From Omnitrophica WOR_2 bacterium GWF2_43_52 (GTDB taxonomy: Bacteria; Omnitrophota; Gorgyraeia; Gygaellales; UBA12090): DNA of 64,000 nt. The position numbers were made by a program, and so were the translations under genes. Below are positions 38,006 through 47,891 of this stretch, piece after piece. Location of the stretch: the NCBI GenBank assembly GCA_001805445.1, contig MHGF01000034.1, positions 166,451 to 230,450 of the forward strand, written 5' to 3'. Position 1 is the first letter of the stretch; each line of letters begins with the position of its first letter. Under the pieces are notes generated by a model, which made no database searches, had not been told where the DNA came from, and saw only the letters and a list, made by a program, of their open reading frames with translations.

Positions 38006-39535
38006 TCATGTGTTTTTCGCCGATTCCAGCGGGGTTTGCGCAGCTTTCGGGAGGGTGAAGCTAAAGGCTGAGCCTTGATTGAGCCGTGATGCAACCCAAA
38101 TCCTGCCTTTATGCGCCCGGATAATATTTTTTACCAGCGTAAGCCCTAATCCCGTGCCTTTTACTTTTTGGTTTATGTCATTATCTACTCGGTAAAATTC
38201 ATCAAAGATATGTTCTGTATCCGTCGGGCTCATCCCAATACCGTTATCAGAGATAGTAATTTGAATAGTGTCGGTTGACTCAAAGGCGGAAACGCTGATG
38301 AGTCCTGTCTTTTCAGGGACAAATTTTATGGCATTGCCCATAAGATTGATAAAGACGCGTGAAATCTGGGTTTTATCCGCAAGCGCAAGCGAAAGATTTT
38401 GAGGAAGATTCATTGTTGCGGTAATGGATTTTTCCTTGAGCTGCGGGCTTAACAGGTCAATGGTAGTTTCAACCGCATGCCTAATATCAAAGAGTTCAGA
38501 TTTCATTTCGAATCTTCCGGATTCAATGCGGGCGATATCCAAGAGATCATTAACCAGGCGGGTGAGCTCATCGCTATGCTTATTAATCTTCCCCAGGCGT
38601 TCTTTGACAGGTTCAGGGATTACCCCTAATTTTTCCGATAAGAGTATAGACGCGTATCCTTTTATTGAGGTAAGCGGCGTGCGTAATTCATGTGAAACCG
38701 CGGAGACGAAGTCGGTTTTTCTTTTGCTGATAACGTTGATTTCATTCAGCGCGTCGCTTAATTCTTTGGTGCGCGCCAGCACGTTCCTTTCCAGTTCCTG
38801 GTGTTGGGAGTAAGTAGCTTCAAAAAGTTCGGCATTATCCAATGCTTGCCCGATATGCGTGGCTAATATTGCTACCAATTCCTCGTCTCCTTCGCTGACG
38901 AGTGTTTCTGCCGAAGAATTGCTCAAAAGGATAAATCCGTAGTATCCATCTTTTTTTGATATGGGAGATAGCACGAAAGAATCCAGATGGGTTATCGCCG
39001 TTATGATATGTTTTGCTTTTCTTAAAGTGTCCGCCTCCGATATGGAAGAAAAGGTGCTGTTGTATTCTTTGACCATTGCATAGATGCCTTTTTCAATAAG
39101 CCCTGCTTCAATATAAGAGGTCTCTTCTTCGTTAAAACCCGTAGAATGCCTTATCTGAAGCGTTCCCTGTACATTTTTTGCTACAATGATTGCCTTCTGG
39201 AATCCGATGTTGGTGATATGTTCCTGGTTTATGCGCCTGAAAATTTCATCCTGGTTTAAGGTTTTACTTAATTCTTGCGAGATGCGTTGCATGGCGTAAA
39301 GCCCATTGACGCGTTTATCAAGCTCTTCCTGGGCTTTGTTTAATTTTAGGTCGGTTCTAACAATTAACTTTGCCTGTTCATCCATTTCCTCAAGCGATTT
39401 TTTTAAATAACGCATGGTTTGACTGAGTTGTTGTATGCGTTGTGATTTTAGCATTAAGATAAAGGAGAGAGAAATAATCAACAACATGCTGCTGATGCCA
39501 AGAATGTTGATGGGGAATTCCGCGGAAGGCGGCAT
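38006..39535 (-). CDS. Membrane-anchored GAF sensor histidine kinase
   Basis: N-term TM, GAF-like region, SHELRTPL, NLMGNAIKF, DNGIG, GTGLGL. Confidence 0.93.
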   Translation of the reverse strand: MPPSAEFPINILGISSMLLIISLSFILMLKSQRIQQLSQTMRYLKKSLEEMDEQAKLIVRTDLKLNKAQEELDKRVNGLYAMQRISQELSKTLNQDEIFRRINQEHITNIGFQKAIIVAKNVQGTLQIRHSTGFNEEETSYIEAGLIEKGIYAMVKEYNSTFSSISEADTLRKAKHIITAITHLDSFVLSPISKKDGYYGFILLSNSSAETLVSEGDEELVAILATHIGQALDNAELFEATYSQHQELERNVLARTKELSDALNEINVISKRKTDFVSAVSHELRTPLTSIKGYASILLSEKLGVIPEPVKERLGKINKHSDELTRLVNDLLDIARIESGRFEMKSELFDIRHAVETTIDLLSPQLKEKSITATMNLPQNLSLALADKTQISRVFINLMGNAIKFVPEKTGLISVSAFESTDTIQITISDNGIGMSPTDTEHIFDEFYRVDNDINQKVKGTGLGLTLVKNIIRAHKGRIWVASRLNQGSAFSFTLPKAAQTPLESAKNT

Positions 39536-40726
39536 TTATTCTCCTATGCCTACGATGGCGATGGTTTGATTGTGTGAATAAGTTTGTCCGTGGTATGTTG
39601 TTGCTCCCAGTGGCGCGTATTCACCATAGCTGTAGAATCCTGCCAGAGGAGTATTTTCTCCCAGGACTTCTTTGATGGCCTTTACTTCCTTATCAACAGC
39701 CCTTCCTAAAACACGCACTCGTGAGGCAGAGCTGATCGCAAGGGCAAAACAAATTTTTTTGTAGTGCATGGCATGTTGTACCTGAAGCGCGGCTTGACGT
39801 GCTGCCTCAAGGCACGATTCTTTAGTGCTAATCATTAAGCGTATCGCGCTGCCTGAGGGAATGCTGCCTTGCGTAGTGATCGAGCCGTCATCATTTAATG
39901 AGACGATATTACGCAAAAGATACTCGTTTTCACCTTCAAGGTAAATGCCAATAGGGTATAAGACGTTAATATACGTAATTTCCTTTTTAAGCTCAGAAAG
40001 CGTCTTCGCAAAATAATCCTCATAAAGCTGGCTGGCTTTTTTATCGTCAATCTTCCGTAGTATGTTTGTTTTACTTTCGGTAACGGTGCGTATTTTTCCC
40101 AGAGGTTTCCAGCCGTGGCGTATGCCAATGCCGTATGACAGTTTGCCTCCTAAGAGGGCCGCTACCGTATTTTTAGTAAAGATGTTTTCCCCGTAATACT
40201 GCGATGTGCGTTTAAATTCAAAGTTATCGCTAGAGCCTCCGCCAAAAAAAGGAAAACTTCTTCCAATGATACTTTGTAATCCCTGAATGAGCTCAGGGGT
40301 ATATTCAGAAAGGCCATCGCTGATAAGCAGGCAAAGTTCGCGCCGGTAGTCCTGAAAATTCGCCATAAGCCTTGTTCCTAATTCTTGCCCGGATGAAAAG
40401 GCATTTTTATAGGGAGTTACGTCAGTAAAGCCGCAAGCAATTTTCGTGTTGGGTAACGATAAGAGTACTATGACCAGCCCTTCTTTTTGAATTCCGCTGC
40501 CAGTGATAAGGTGTATGGCCGAGCAGCCCAGAAGCGGGGTATTTGCTTTGAGGTTAGGCTGTATATGTTTTAGCAGGCTTTGCACCGCAAATTCCGGGCT
40601 GCTAAAGATGAGCGCCATACTTATCTCATGGATGGGTATTTGCGAGAAGCAAGCCTTGGTTGCTTCCTGAATAGCTTCTAACAAATCCTTTTTTTGGCTT
40701 TTCCCGATAGCAACTTTAAAACCCAT
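39536..40726 (-). CDS. FIST-domain (NosP-like) sensor protein
   Basis: LLGCS, ISDG, FFGGGSSD, HGWKPLG, LAGFYSYGE, HNQT FIST_N/FIST_C motifs. Confidence 0.9.
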   Translation of the reverse strand: MGFKVAIGKSQKKDLLEAIQEATKACFSQIPIHEISMALIFSSPEFAVQSLLKHIQPNLKANTPLLGCSAIHLITGSGIQKEGLVIVLLSLPNTKIACGFTDVTPYKNAFSSGQELGTRLMANFQDYRRELCLLISDGLSEYTPELIQGLQSIIGRSFPFFGGGSSDNFEFKRTSQYYGENIFTKNTVAALLGGKLSYGIGIRHGWKPLGKIRTVTESKTNILRKIDDKKASQLYEDYFAKTLSELKKEITYINVLYPIGIYLEGENEYLLRNIVSLNDDGSITTQGSIPSGSAIRLMISTKESCLEAARQAALQVQHAMHYKKICFALAISSASRVRVLGRAVDKEVKAIKEVLGENTPLAGFYSYGEYAPLGATTYHGQTYSHNQTIAIVGIGE

Positions 40727-40887
40727 AAAATTTTGACAGTTTTATACTCTTTATAGATGTTTGAGTATGTAGTGCGCGCAAAACGTATCTACCTGTTAAA
40801 TCCGTTTCATTCTACAGCATAGAAAAGGCTCGGTCAATAAAATTATTGACTACATAACAAACTTTGTTACAATAAGTTCAGTCTTTT

Positions 40888-40965
40888 GGCCCCATCGTCT
40901 AGCCTGGTCTAGGACGTCAGGTTCTCAGCCTGTAAACACCGGTTCAAATCCGGTTGGGGCTACCA
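40888..40965 (+). tRNA. tRNA-Glu (CTC)
   Basis: GGCCCCATCGTCTAG...CAGG-TTCTCAG-CCTG...GGTTCAAATCC...TGGGGCTACCA; TTGACT...TACAAT promoter upstream. Confidence 0.95.
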
Positions 40966-41263
40966 AATAAGTTTTTTCCGGTTCTCCCGCCTGGAAAGCG
41001 GCGGGGTCAATTCGTCGATGCAGTTTATGTTCACGATGTTCCATTTTGTGATATGGGTATATTTATCAGGAGCGCATGCGCAAAATCCTACAATGATGCT
41101 GGCGCGAGTTCCGCGCGCGTACGTATAGGAAAGATGCAGGCATTCAATGACGGAGAATGCCTCTGTCCGGAGATAAATGTCAGTAAATTTTCTACTATGA
41201 GGCTACCATGAGACTAAAATTCTCTTGCATTCTTTATTAATGTATGATAAAAATAGTATACAT

Positions 41264-41515
41264 ATGATAGAAAAAAATAGCGAATTCCTAAAAATAAGTT
41301 CCAGGCTGTTAAAAATTATAGCCTGGACATTTTTATTGTTTGGAGGTATTCAAGCACTCGCAATATTTGTACGGATTGATAAAAGTGTTTCTATCGGTGT
41401 AGGATGTATGTGGCTTATTGTGTGCGCGAGCGTTTTTCTCTTCCTTTACCATATTACGCTTTTGGGCGATGTAGTGATAGAAATAGGGCAATTTTTAAAA
41501 AAAGAAAGGTTCTAA
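41264..41515 (+). CDS. Small two-TM membrane protein
   Basis: Two hydrophobic helices; first gene before the tad operon. Confidence 0.6.
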   Translation: MIEKNSEFLKISSRLLKIIAWTFLLFGGIQALAIFVRIDKSVSIGVGCMWLIVCASVFLFLYHITLLGDVVIEIGQFLKKERF

Positions 41516-41578
41516 CGTTTCCTGTCAGATAGACGTTTGGCGTAGTGATAGGGTAACAGTCAATGAAAGGAGTAAAAA

Positions 41579-42490
41579 ATGTTTTTATCCAAACATAGGG
41601 TTTTAGCTGTGTTATTGATAGCGCTCTTGGTATGCGGGTGCGATAAGATTTTTTCTAAAAAGCCAGCAAAGGCTACGAAAGTAGAAGGGCCTTCTTCCGT
41701 TGCTGTGGTTGAGGGCATTGTTATCGCTAAGGTAGGCGCCAATGTTATTACTCTTGATGATTTGAATGAGGAGATAGAGTCATATAACGCTATGGTTCCC
41801 GAGGATAAGCCTGATGCCAGAATTTCTACGCGCCAGAAGAAGATAGACTATCTTAAGGAGCAATTGGTGCGCAAAGTCTTGTTGTATCAGGAAGGCTTAG
41901 CCCGGGGATTAGATAAAAAGAGAGATATTGTGAGGGCTCTTGAGAAAACTAAGCAAGAGCTTTTAGCTATTGAGCTTGTGCGTCAGGAGACGGAGAATAC
42001 GGATGTGCCATCCGCGGAAATAGAGAATTACTATAATACTTACAAAGAGGAGCTGAGGGAGCCTGAGGAAAGAAAAATCCGCGCGATAGGAGTTTTATCA
42101 GAGCAGGAGGCAAGGGAAATTCTGATTCAACTTTTGCAAGGAGCTGATTTTGATGCATTAGCGCGGGAACGGTCGAAATTAAAGAGCACCTCAGCCGGAG
42201 GCGATTTAGGGTTTATCGCAAAAGGCAAGATTCCGCAAATTGATACCGCAGCTTTTTCTGACACCTTAGAAGTGGGAAAAATAAGCAATATTATAAAGGC
42301 AAGCGATGGTTATTATTATATTCTCAAACTGGAAGCCAAGCAGGGAGGGAAAGTAAAAAGCCTTAATGAGATGTGGGATGATATCAAGCGGCTGCTTACC
42401 TATCTTAAACAAGAACAAAAAATCATTGATCTGGTAGAGAAACTTAAAAATAAAGCGGGGATTGAAATTATTGAGGGAGAGATAAAATAG
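41579..42490 (+). CDS. Parvulin-type PPIase lipoprotein (PrsA/SurA-like)
   Basis: Lipobox VCGC; IAKVGANVIT; GADFDALARERS...GGDLGF. Confidence 0.9.
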   Translation: MFLSKHRVLAVLLIALLVCGCDKIFSKKPAKATKVEGPSSVAVVEGIVIAKVGANVITLDDLNEEIESYNAMVPEDKPDARISTRQKKIDYLKEQLVRKVLLYQEGLARGLDKKRDIVRALEKTKQELLAIELVRQETENTDVPSAEIENYYNTYKEELREPEERKIRAIGVLSEQEAREILIQLLQGADFDALARERSKLKSTSAGGDLGFIAKGKIPQIDTAAFSDTLEVGKISNIIKASDGYYYILKLEAKQGGKVKSLNEMWDDIKRLLTYLKQEQKIIDLVEKLKNKAGIEIIEGEIK

Positions 42491-43422
42491 TGTCGAAGCG
42501 AATAACCTTAATTATAGGCGCGGTATTAAGCATACTTTCTGTAATTTTAGTGAAGGTGTATCTTGACCAACAACGCGCCGGTGTCGATAGCATAGTAAAA
42601 AGGAAGCTGGAGAAGGAGCGGCAGAATCTATCTACGGTATTCGTTGCTAAAAGAGATATCCGTAAAGGTACCCCCATCGATAGCGGCATGATCGCTACCG
42701 AAATTATTCCTAATCAATATGTGCGGCCGCAGGCTGTTAATTCCTCAGATAGAATCGCGGGATTAATAGCCGCAGTGGATATTCCTGCAAAAGAGCAAAT
42801 TTCTAAAACCATGCTTATGGCTGCTCAGGAAACAGCGGTGGCAGAGTCTTACTTGACCTTGGCCATGGCAATTCCCGCTGGAAAAAGAGCGGTAGCAGTG
42901 CCCGTTGACCCTATATCATCCGTAGCAGGCATGATACGGCCGGGAAACTATGTAGACCTAATCGTTATGGCGCAAATTCCTGGACAAAAAGTTGACGGAA
43001 AAGACACTACTCAATCCGCGTCTTTGCCTGTGTTGCAAAATGTGTTAGTTTTGTCCGTAGGCCAAGATATGGGGGTGGACGAATCGCGGATGAAAGGGCG
43101 TTCAAGTAAGGAGGGAAGAAAACAAGAGCAATTTAATATCGTTACCTTAGCTCTTTCTCCCCAGGAAACAAGTATCGTTTCATTTGTTATTGATCAGGGA
43201 GCTAAGTTACGGCTGGCTTTGCGTTCGCCGTCTGATGCGCAGATACAAATAGTTGCTCCAACAAATTGGGAAGCATTATTTCAATACGTCATGCCGCAGA
43301 TGATTAAAGTGAGATCACAGCCAATACAAGAGGATGTGCCGGAAGAGCCCCCGAAACATAAGGTTGAGATTTACCATGGTTTTCAAAAAGAAGATGTGTA
43401 TTTAGCGCAACCTAAAAAGTAG
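42490..43422 (+). CDS. cpaB: Flp pilus assembly protein CpaB/RcpC
   Basis: SAF domain VFVAKRDIRKGTPI; GKRAVAVPV...VAGMIRPGNYVD; VLQNVLVL. Confidence 0.92.
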   Translation: MSKRITLIIGAVLSILSVILVKVYLDQQRAGVDSIVKRKLEKERQNLSTVFVAKRDIRKGTPIDSGMIATEIIPNQYVRPQAVNSSDRIAGLIAAVDIPAKEQISKTMLMAAQETAVAESYLTLAMAIPAGKRAVAVPVDPISSVAGMIRPGNYVDLIVMAQIPGQKVDGKDTTQSASLPVLQNVLVLSVGQDMGVDESRMKGRSSKEGRKQEQFNIVTLALSPQETSIVSFVIDQGAKLRLALRSPSDAQIQIVAPTNWEALFQYVMPQMIKVRSQPIQEDVPEEPPKHKVEIYHGFQKEDVYLAQPKK

Positions 43423-43433
43423 AAAAAAAGCCT

Positions 43434-45080
43434 ATGAAAAAACCGAATGCGTTGCAAAAAGCTATTATTTTGTTTCTTATTCAATTGGTTTTATCCATGT
43501 CTGTTTATTCTGCCGCGGAAGATTTGTCTGATGCTCTTGAAGGCGAGGCAACCATTTACCTGGGAGAAACGAAGGTGTTTGATGCCGCGCTGCCCAAGCG
43601 TGTGGCGATAGGCAATCCGTTGATAGCTGATGTTTCCAGTGTTTCTGAGACGACGATAGTTGTCGTTTCAAAAGCAGTAGGGATAACGACATTATTGTTT
43701 TCTGATTCGCAGGGAGAACATGCTTTCCAACTGCAGGTTCTCGCGGAGGATTTAACCGATGATTTAGTAAAGGTTAACGCTGTGCTTAAGGAATTGCGCC
43801 AGCCGAATATCCGCGCGCGGCTGGTTGATACCAACGATAAGATTTTATTGCAGGGGGATGTGAAAACCCAGTATGAAAAGGACCAGATCCTGATAGCTTT
43901 GGGTGAGCTCAAAGATAAGGTTGCTGATTTAATTGATATCAAAGAAGATGAAAAGACCATTGATATTGATGTGGAGGTGTTAGAAATCGATAAAGACGCG
44001 ACGAAAACATTAGGAATGAATGTCCCAGGGTCGCTCGATATTATAGAGACAGGTTCCCCAGGCATACAACATGGCGTAGGGACGAAATGGTCAACATTGT
44101 TTAAAGTCTTGAATTTAGAACGAGGGACAGCCGATGGCGCAAGCCCATTCACTTTTAGCCTTGACGCGCTCATACAGGAAGGAAAGGCGCGCGTATTGTC
44201 GAGGCCGCGGCTTGCCTGTCAAAGCGGTAAAGAGGCAGAATTGTTAGTGGGAGGGGAGAAGCCCATACTTACCACCGAAGTAGCTTTTGGAGGAGGGTCA
44301 GGGACAAAGGTGACGTATAAAGAGTATGGCATTAAGCTCAATATAAAACCAACGGTAACGGAAAATGAGCGTATTAAAGTGAGCCTTAATGTTGAGGTCA
44401 GTGATGTAGGAGCGGCCGAGACCATTGGCAGCGCCACACAAACTACGGCCAAGGCATTTCCGTTAACAAAGCGCACCGCGTCAACAGAGCTTTTTCTTAA
44501 TAGCGGCCAGACGCTTCTTATCGGTGGCTTGACAAAAGAGAAAGAAGAAAACTCGGTAAGAAAAACTCCTTTTTTGGGAGATCTCCCGATAGTAGGAATG
44601 CTGTTTAGGAGCAAATCAGACAAGCATGGCGGTGGACGCGGAGAATTGGGAAATGTCGAGTTAGTTATTTTAGTCACTCCTAGAATTATTTCAGAGCAGG
44701 CAAAAGGGAATGTTGTGACAGGGGAAACAACATCCCTTCCTCATGAAGTTGAAGATGTGTCAGGTGTCAATTTAAAGGCGCATGAAACCTCTAAGGCAGC
44801 GTATGCTTCTGCCGTAAGGGATTCCATTCTAAAAGATTTTCAATACCCTCCTTTAGCCAGAGACTACAGCATGCAAGGCACGGTTGAATTGACGCTCCAT
44901 ATCGCGTCAACCGGGGAGCTGCTAGATGTAAAGGTTAAGAGGCGCGCTGATCATCAGGTGCTCAATGAGCACGCGATGTCTGTGGTAAAGAAAATTTCTT
45001 CTTATCCGCAATTTCCCTCCACCATAAATTTAAAAGATATATATATCGATATTCCTATAGTATACAAATTAGGCGCTTAA
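43434..45080 (+). CDS. cpaC: Tad secretin CpaC/RcpA fused to a C-terminal TonB_C domain
   Basis: RVAIGNPLIADV, VLSRPRL..SGKEA.LLVGGE, YKEYGIKL.IKP, PFLGDLPIVGMLF, ELVILVTPRI; then YPPLAR...QGTV... Confidence 0.9.
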   Translation: MKKPNALQKAIILFLIQLVLSMSVYSAAEDLSDALEGEATIYLGETKVFDAALPKRVAIGNPLIADVSSVSETTIVVVSKAVGITTLLFSDSQGEHAFQLQVLAEDLTDDLVKVNAVLKELRQPNIRARLVDTNDKILLQGDVKTQYEKDQILIALGELKDKVADLIDIKEDEKTIDIDVEVLEIDKDATKTLGMNVPGSLDIIETGSPGIQHGVGTKWSTLFKVLNLERGTADGASPFTFSLDALIQEGKARVLSRPRLACQSGKEAELLVGGEKPILTTEVAFGGGSGTKVTYKEYGIKLNIKPTVTENERIKVSLNVEVSDVGAAETIGSATQTTAKAFPLTKRTASTELFLNSGQTLLIGGLTKEKEENSVRKTPFLGDLPIVGMLFRSKSDKHGGGRGELGNVELVILVTPRIISEQAKGNVVTGETTSLPHEVEDVSGVNLKAHETSKAAYASAVRDSILKDFQYPPLARDYSMQGTVELTLHIASTGELLDVKVKRRADHQVLNEHAMSVVKKISSYPQFPSTINLKDIYIDIPIVYKLGA

Positions 45081-45083
45081 ACT

Positions 45084-47240
45084 ATGGCTAAAGTAATTGT
45101 ACTCTTTGGCACAAAAGGCGGGGTGGGCAAGACTTTTATCGCGGTTAATACCGCGGTATGCCTTGCAAAAGATGAGGCAAAAAAAGTCTGCCTTATTGAT
45201 TTAGATATGCATGTCGTCGGCGATATGGCGCGAATGCTGGATGTAGTTCCCCAAAAGGCGATGATAGATTTAATTGGCAGCCTCGGCCAACTGCAGGACG
45301 TTGGTTTCAAAAAAGAAGATTTTATGACCAGAGGTTCTTATGGCTTTGATTTTTTGCCAGGGGTATTAAGGCCGCGGCAGGCATCCCATCTTGAAACTGA
45401 GGGTGTTAAGGCAGTGTTTAAGCTGTTGGATAAAGAATATGATTATATCATCATTGACGCGGGAAAGAATTTTAGCGATGTATTTGTTACCGTTCTCAAT
45501 CAGGCAAATCTTATTCTTCTTGTAGTGACGCCCGATGTCCTCTCTATATACCAGGCTCGATGGATATTGGATGCCTTACAGTTTTTACATTTTCCTCTTA
45601 CGATGCTGAAGGTGATTCTAAACCGCGCGGAGTCAAGTTCAAGCATTGGCTGGAAAGATGTAGGCGCGAGTTTACCTATAGGCATACTTTCTATGATTCC
45701 TTCAGAAGGAAAAGTTGTTGGCCAGGCGTTAAACCGCGCGATACCCGTAGTTATTGACAATCCAAAGTCAAAAATCGCGTTGGAAATAAAGAAGGTAAGC
45801 CACGAGCTGGTAGTCAATAGTAAGCTGTTCGTGGAAAATTTTGAAATAGATATGGGGCAGCTTAAAGAAGTCATGCTAGAAAAATCCGGGGAATTCTGGA
45901 AATCTCAAGGGATCTCTGAGGCGCCGTCTGAAATTCAGGGAGCAAGCGCGGTTGACGGGATAATTTTGCTTAAGAGGCGTATCCATAGCCGGCTTATTGA
46001 GGGCATGAATTTAAAAAGGCTGGACCTGCGGGCATTCTCTGATCAGAAGAAGGTTAAGGAGCTGCGTGAAAAAGCAGAGATGCTTACGGTAAATCTTATC
46101 GCCGAGGAGGTTGGGAGCGTTATCGCGTCTCCCGAAGTGCGTAAAAGGCTGGTTAAAGAAATTCTCGATGAAGCGTTAGGGCTTGGCCCTCTTGAGGATT
46201 TGATTGCCGATCCCGAAATTACCGATATTATGGTGAATAACAAAGATACTGTCTATGTAGAACGTTACGGGAAGATTACGTTAACCGACAAGAAATTTAT
46301 CTCTAACGAACAGCTCAGGACAATTATTGAACGTATCATCGCTCCTTTGGGAAGGCGTATTGATGAATCAGTGCCAATGGTAGACGCGCGGCTTTTTGAT
46401 GGCTCTCGTGTCAACGCGATTATCCCTCCTCTTGCGCTTACTGGGCCCTCTCTTACCATAAGGAAATTCAGGAAGGAAAAGTTTAAAGTAGAAGAATTGA
46501 TTGTCCTTAAGACGTTCAGTAGGGAAATGGCGGAATTTTTAAAAGCCTGTGTTGCTTCCCGGAAGAATATGATTGTTTCCGGCGGGACAGGTTCGGGAAA
46601 AACCACCATGCTGAATCTGTTATCCATGTTCATCCCGGAGGATGAGAGAATAATCACTATAGAAGATGCCGCTGAGCTAAAACTTAGCCAAGCGCACTGG
46701 ATACGGTTAGAAGCCCGCCCTTCGAATATTGAAGGTAAGGGTTCGGTGACAGCCAGAGATTTATTTAAAAATACGCTGAGAATGCGCCCTGACAGAATCA
46801 TTATTGGCGAATGCCGCGGTATTGAAACGTTAGATATGTTGCAAGCCATGAATACCGGCCATGATGGGTCAATGACAACCATTCACGCTAATTCTACGTA
46901 TGATGTCTTAGCCAGGCTTGACTCAATGATTTTAATGTCAGGTATCGAGTTGCCGGTAAGGGCAATTCGCGAAATGATCGCGTCAGCTGTAGATATTATC
47001 GTGCATACCGCGAGGCTTTCTGACGGTTCGCGGAAAATAGTGCAAATTGCTGAGATTATAGGCATGAAGGATGAAGTGCATATTGATATACGCGATATAT
47101 TTAAATTTAAGCAGACCGGAGTAGATACTCAAGGCAGAGTACTGGGAGAGTTTAAAGCTACAGGACAAATTCCTACGTTCTTAGACGAAGTCAAGGTTAA
47201 GGGCATATCCCTCTCGGAAGATATTTTTAAGGCCGCATAA
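45084..47240 (+). CDS. tadA: TadZ/CpaE (MinD-like) - TadA/CpaF assembly ATPase fusion
   Basis: N-term GTKGGVGKT deviant Walker A; C-term GLGPLE, GGTGSGKTT, LRMRPDRIIIGE, TGHDGSMTTIHA. Confidence 0.92.
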   Translation: MAKVIVLFGTKGGVGKTFIAVNTAVCLAKDEAKKVCLIDLDMHVVGDMARMLDVVPQKAMIDLIGSLGQLQDVGFKKEDFMTRGSYGFDFLPGVLRPRQASHLETEGVKAVFKLLDKEYDYIIIDAGKNFSDVFVTVLNQANLILLVVTPDVLSIYQARWILDALQFLHFPLTMLKVILNRAESSSSIGWKDVGASLPIGILSMIPSEGKVVGQALNRAIPVVIDNPKSKIALEIKKVSHELVVNSKLFVENFEIDMGQLKEVMLEKSGEFWKSQGISEAPSEIQGASAVDGIILLKRRIHSRLIEGMNLKRLDLRAFSDQKKVKELREKAEMLTVNLIAEEVGSVIASPEVRKRLVKEILDEALGLGPLEDLIADPEITDIMVNNKDTVYVERYGKITLTDKKFISNEQLRTIIERIIAPLGRRIDESVPMVDARLFDGSRVNAIIPPLALTGPSLTIRKFRKEKFKVEELIVLKTFSREMAEFLKACVASRKNMIVSGGTGSGKTTMLNLLSMFIPEDERIITIEDAAELKLSQAHWIRLEARPSNIEGKGSVTARDLFKNTLRMRPDRIIIGECRGIETLDMLQAMNTGHDGSMTTIHANSTYDVLARLDSMILMSGIELPVRAIREMIASAVDIIVHTARLSDGSRKIVQIAEIIGMKDEVHIDIRDIFKFKQTGVDTQGRVLGEFKATGQIPTFLDEVKVKGISLSEDIFKAA

Positions 47241-47268
47241 ACTTTTCGAATCATTTTCGCAGCTTTCC

Positions 47269-47610
47269 ATGAAGATTATTAATAAAACACGCGATGTGCT
47301 CTTAGCAGAACACGCAGTTATTGCTGATAAGCCTTTTGTCAGGATGAAAGGACTTTTAGGCAAGAAGCAGTTATTAGATAAGCATGCCTTGGTTTTAAAA
47401 CCTTGCAATTCAATCCACACATTCTTTATGCGCTTTGCTATAGATGTGCTTTTCTTGGATAGGCAAAATAATATTGTAAAAATGTACGCTTCTTTAAAAC
47501 CGTGGCGTCTAAGCGGGATATTCCCTAGCGCATTCTTTTGTATAGAGCTGCCCTCCGGCGTGATCAATAAAACCCATACCTGCATAGGGGATCAGGTTTT
47601 TCTTGAATAA
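47269..47610 (+). CDS. DUF192 family protein
   Basis: RMKGLLG...IHTFFMRFAIDVLFLD...IELPSG. Confidence 0.88.
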   Translation: MKIINKTRDVLLAEHAVIADKPFVRMKGLLGKKQLLDKHALVLKPCNSIHTFFMRFAIDVLFLDRQNNIVKMYASLKPWRLSGIFPSAFFCIELPSGVINKTHTCIGDQVFLE

Positions 47611-47659
47611 AACCCGCGAACTTCTTTAAGCCTTTTCAGCCAGCAGAGTAAAAATCTAC

Positions 47660-47704
47660 TTGCAAAAGCCTGTTTTTAAACTATAATGTCCAATTGGACA
47701 TTAT
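47660..47704 (+). promoter_or_regulatory. Promoter with perfect 22-bp palindromic operator
   Basis: TTGCAA (47660)-16 bp-TATAAT (47682); ATAATGTCCAATTGGACATTAT at 47683-47704. Confidence 0.75.
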
Positions 47705-47891
47705 CCTCAGAATTTGCATTAGCCCAAAGGCGTTTAACACTAATCTTTTGGGCTAAAAGAAGTTACAAAAAACCTCGCCGTACTCTTTAAGTACGCCTCG
47801 ATTTTTTCTAACTCTTGCTTGTCCCCAGAGGGGGATATCTCCAAAATCTTAGTGTTCTTCATCCGCGTTTAATGCAAAATCCGGGATTATT
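47701..47891. repeat. Long palindromic REPIN/MITE-like element (copy 2, inverted)
   Basis: TTATCCTCAGAATTTGCATTAG...TAATGCAAAATCCGGGATTATT; CCTCGCCGTACT..AGTACG core shared with 32226-32436. Confidence 0.7.

Noticed and set aside
34254-40965. tRNA-Leu or tRNA-Glu as prophage attachment site
   Set aside because: No duplicated tRNA 3' end or integrase seen in the window, and flanking genes look like host chromosome
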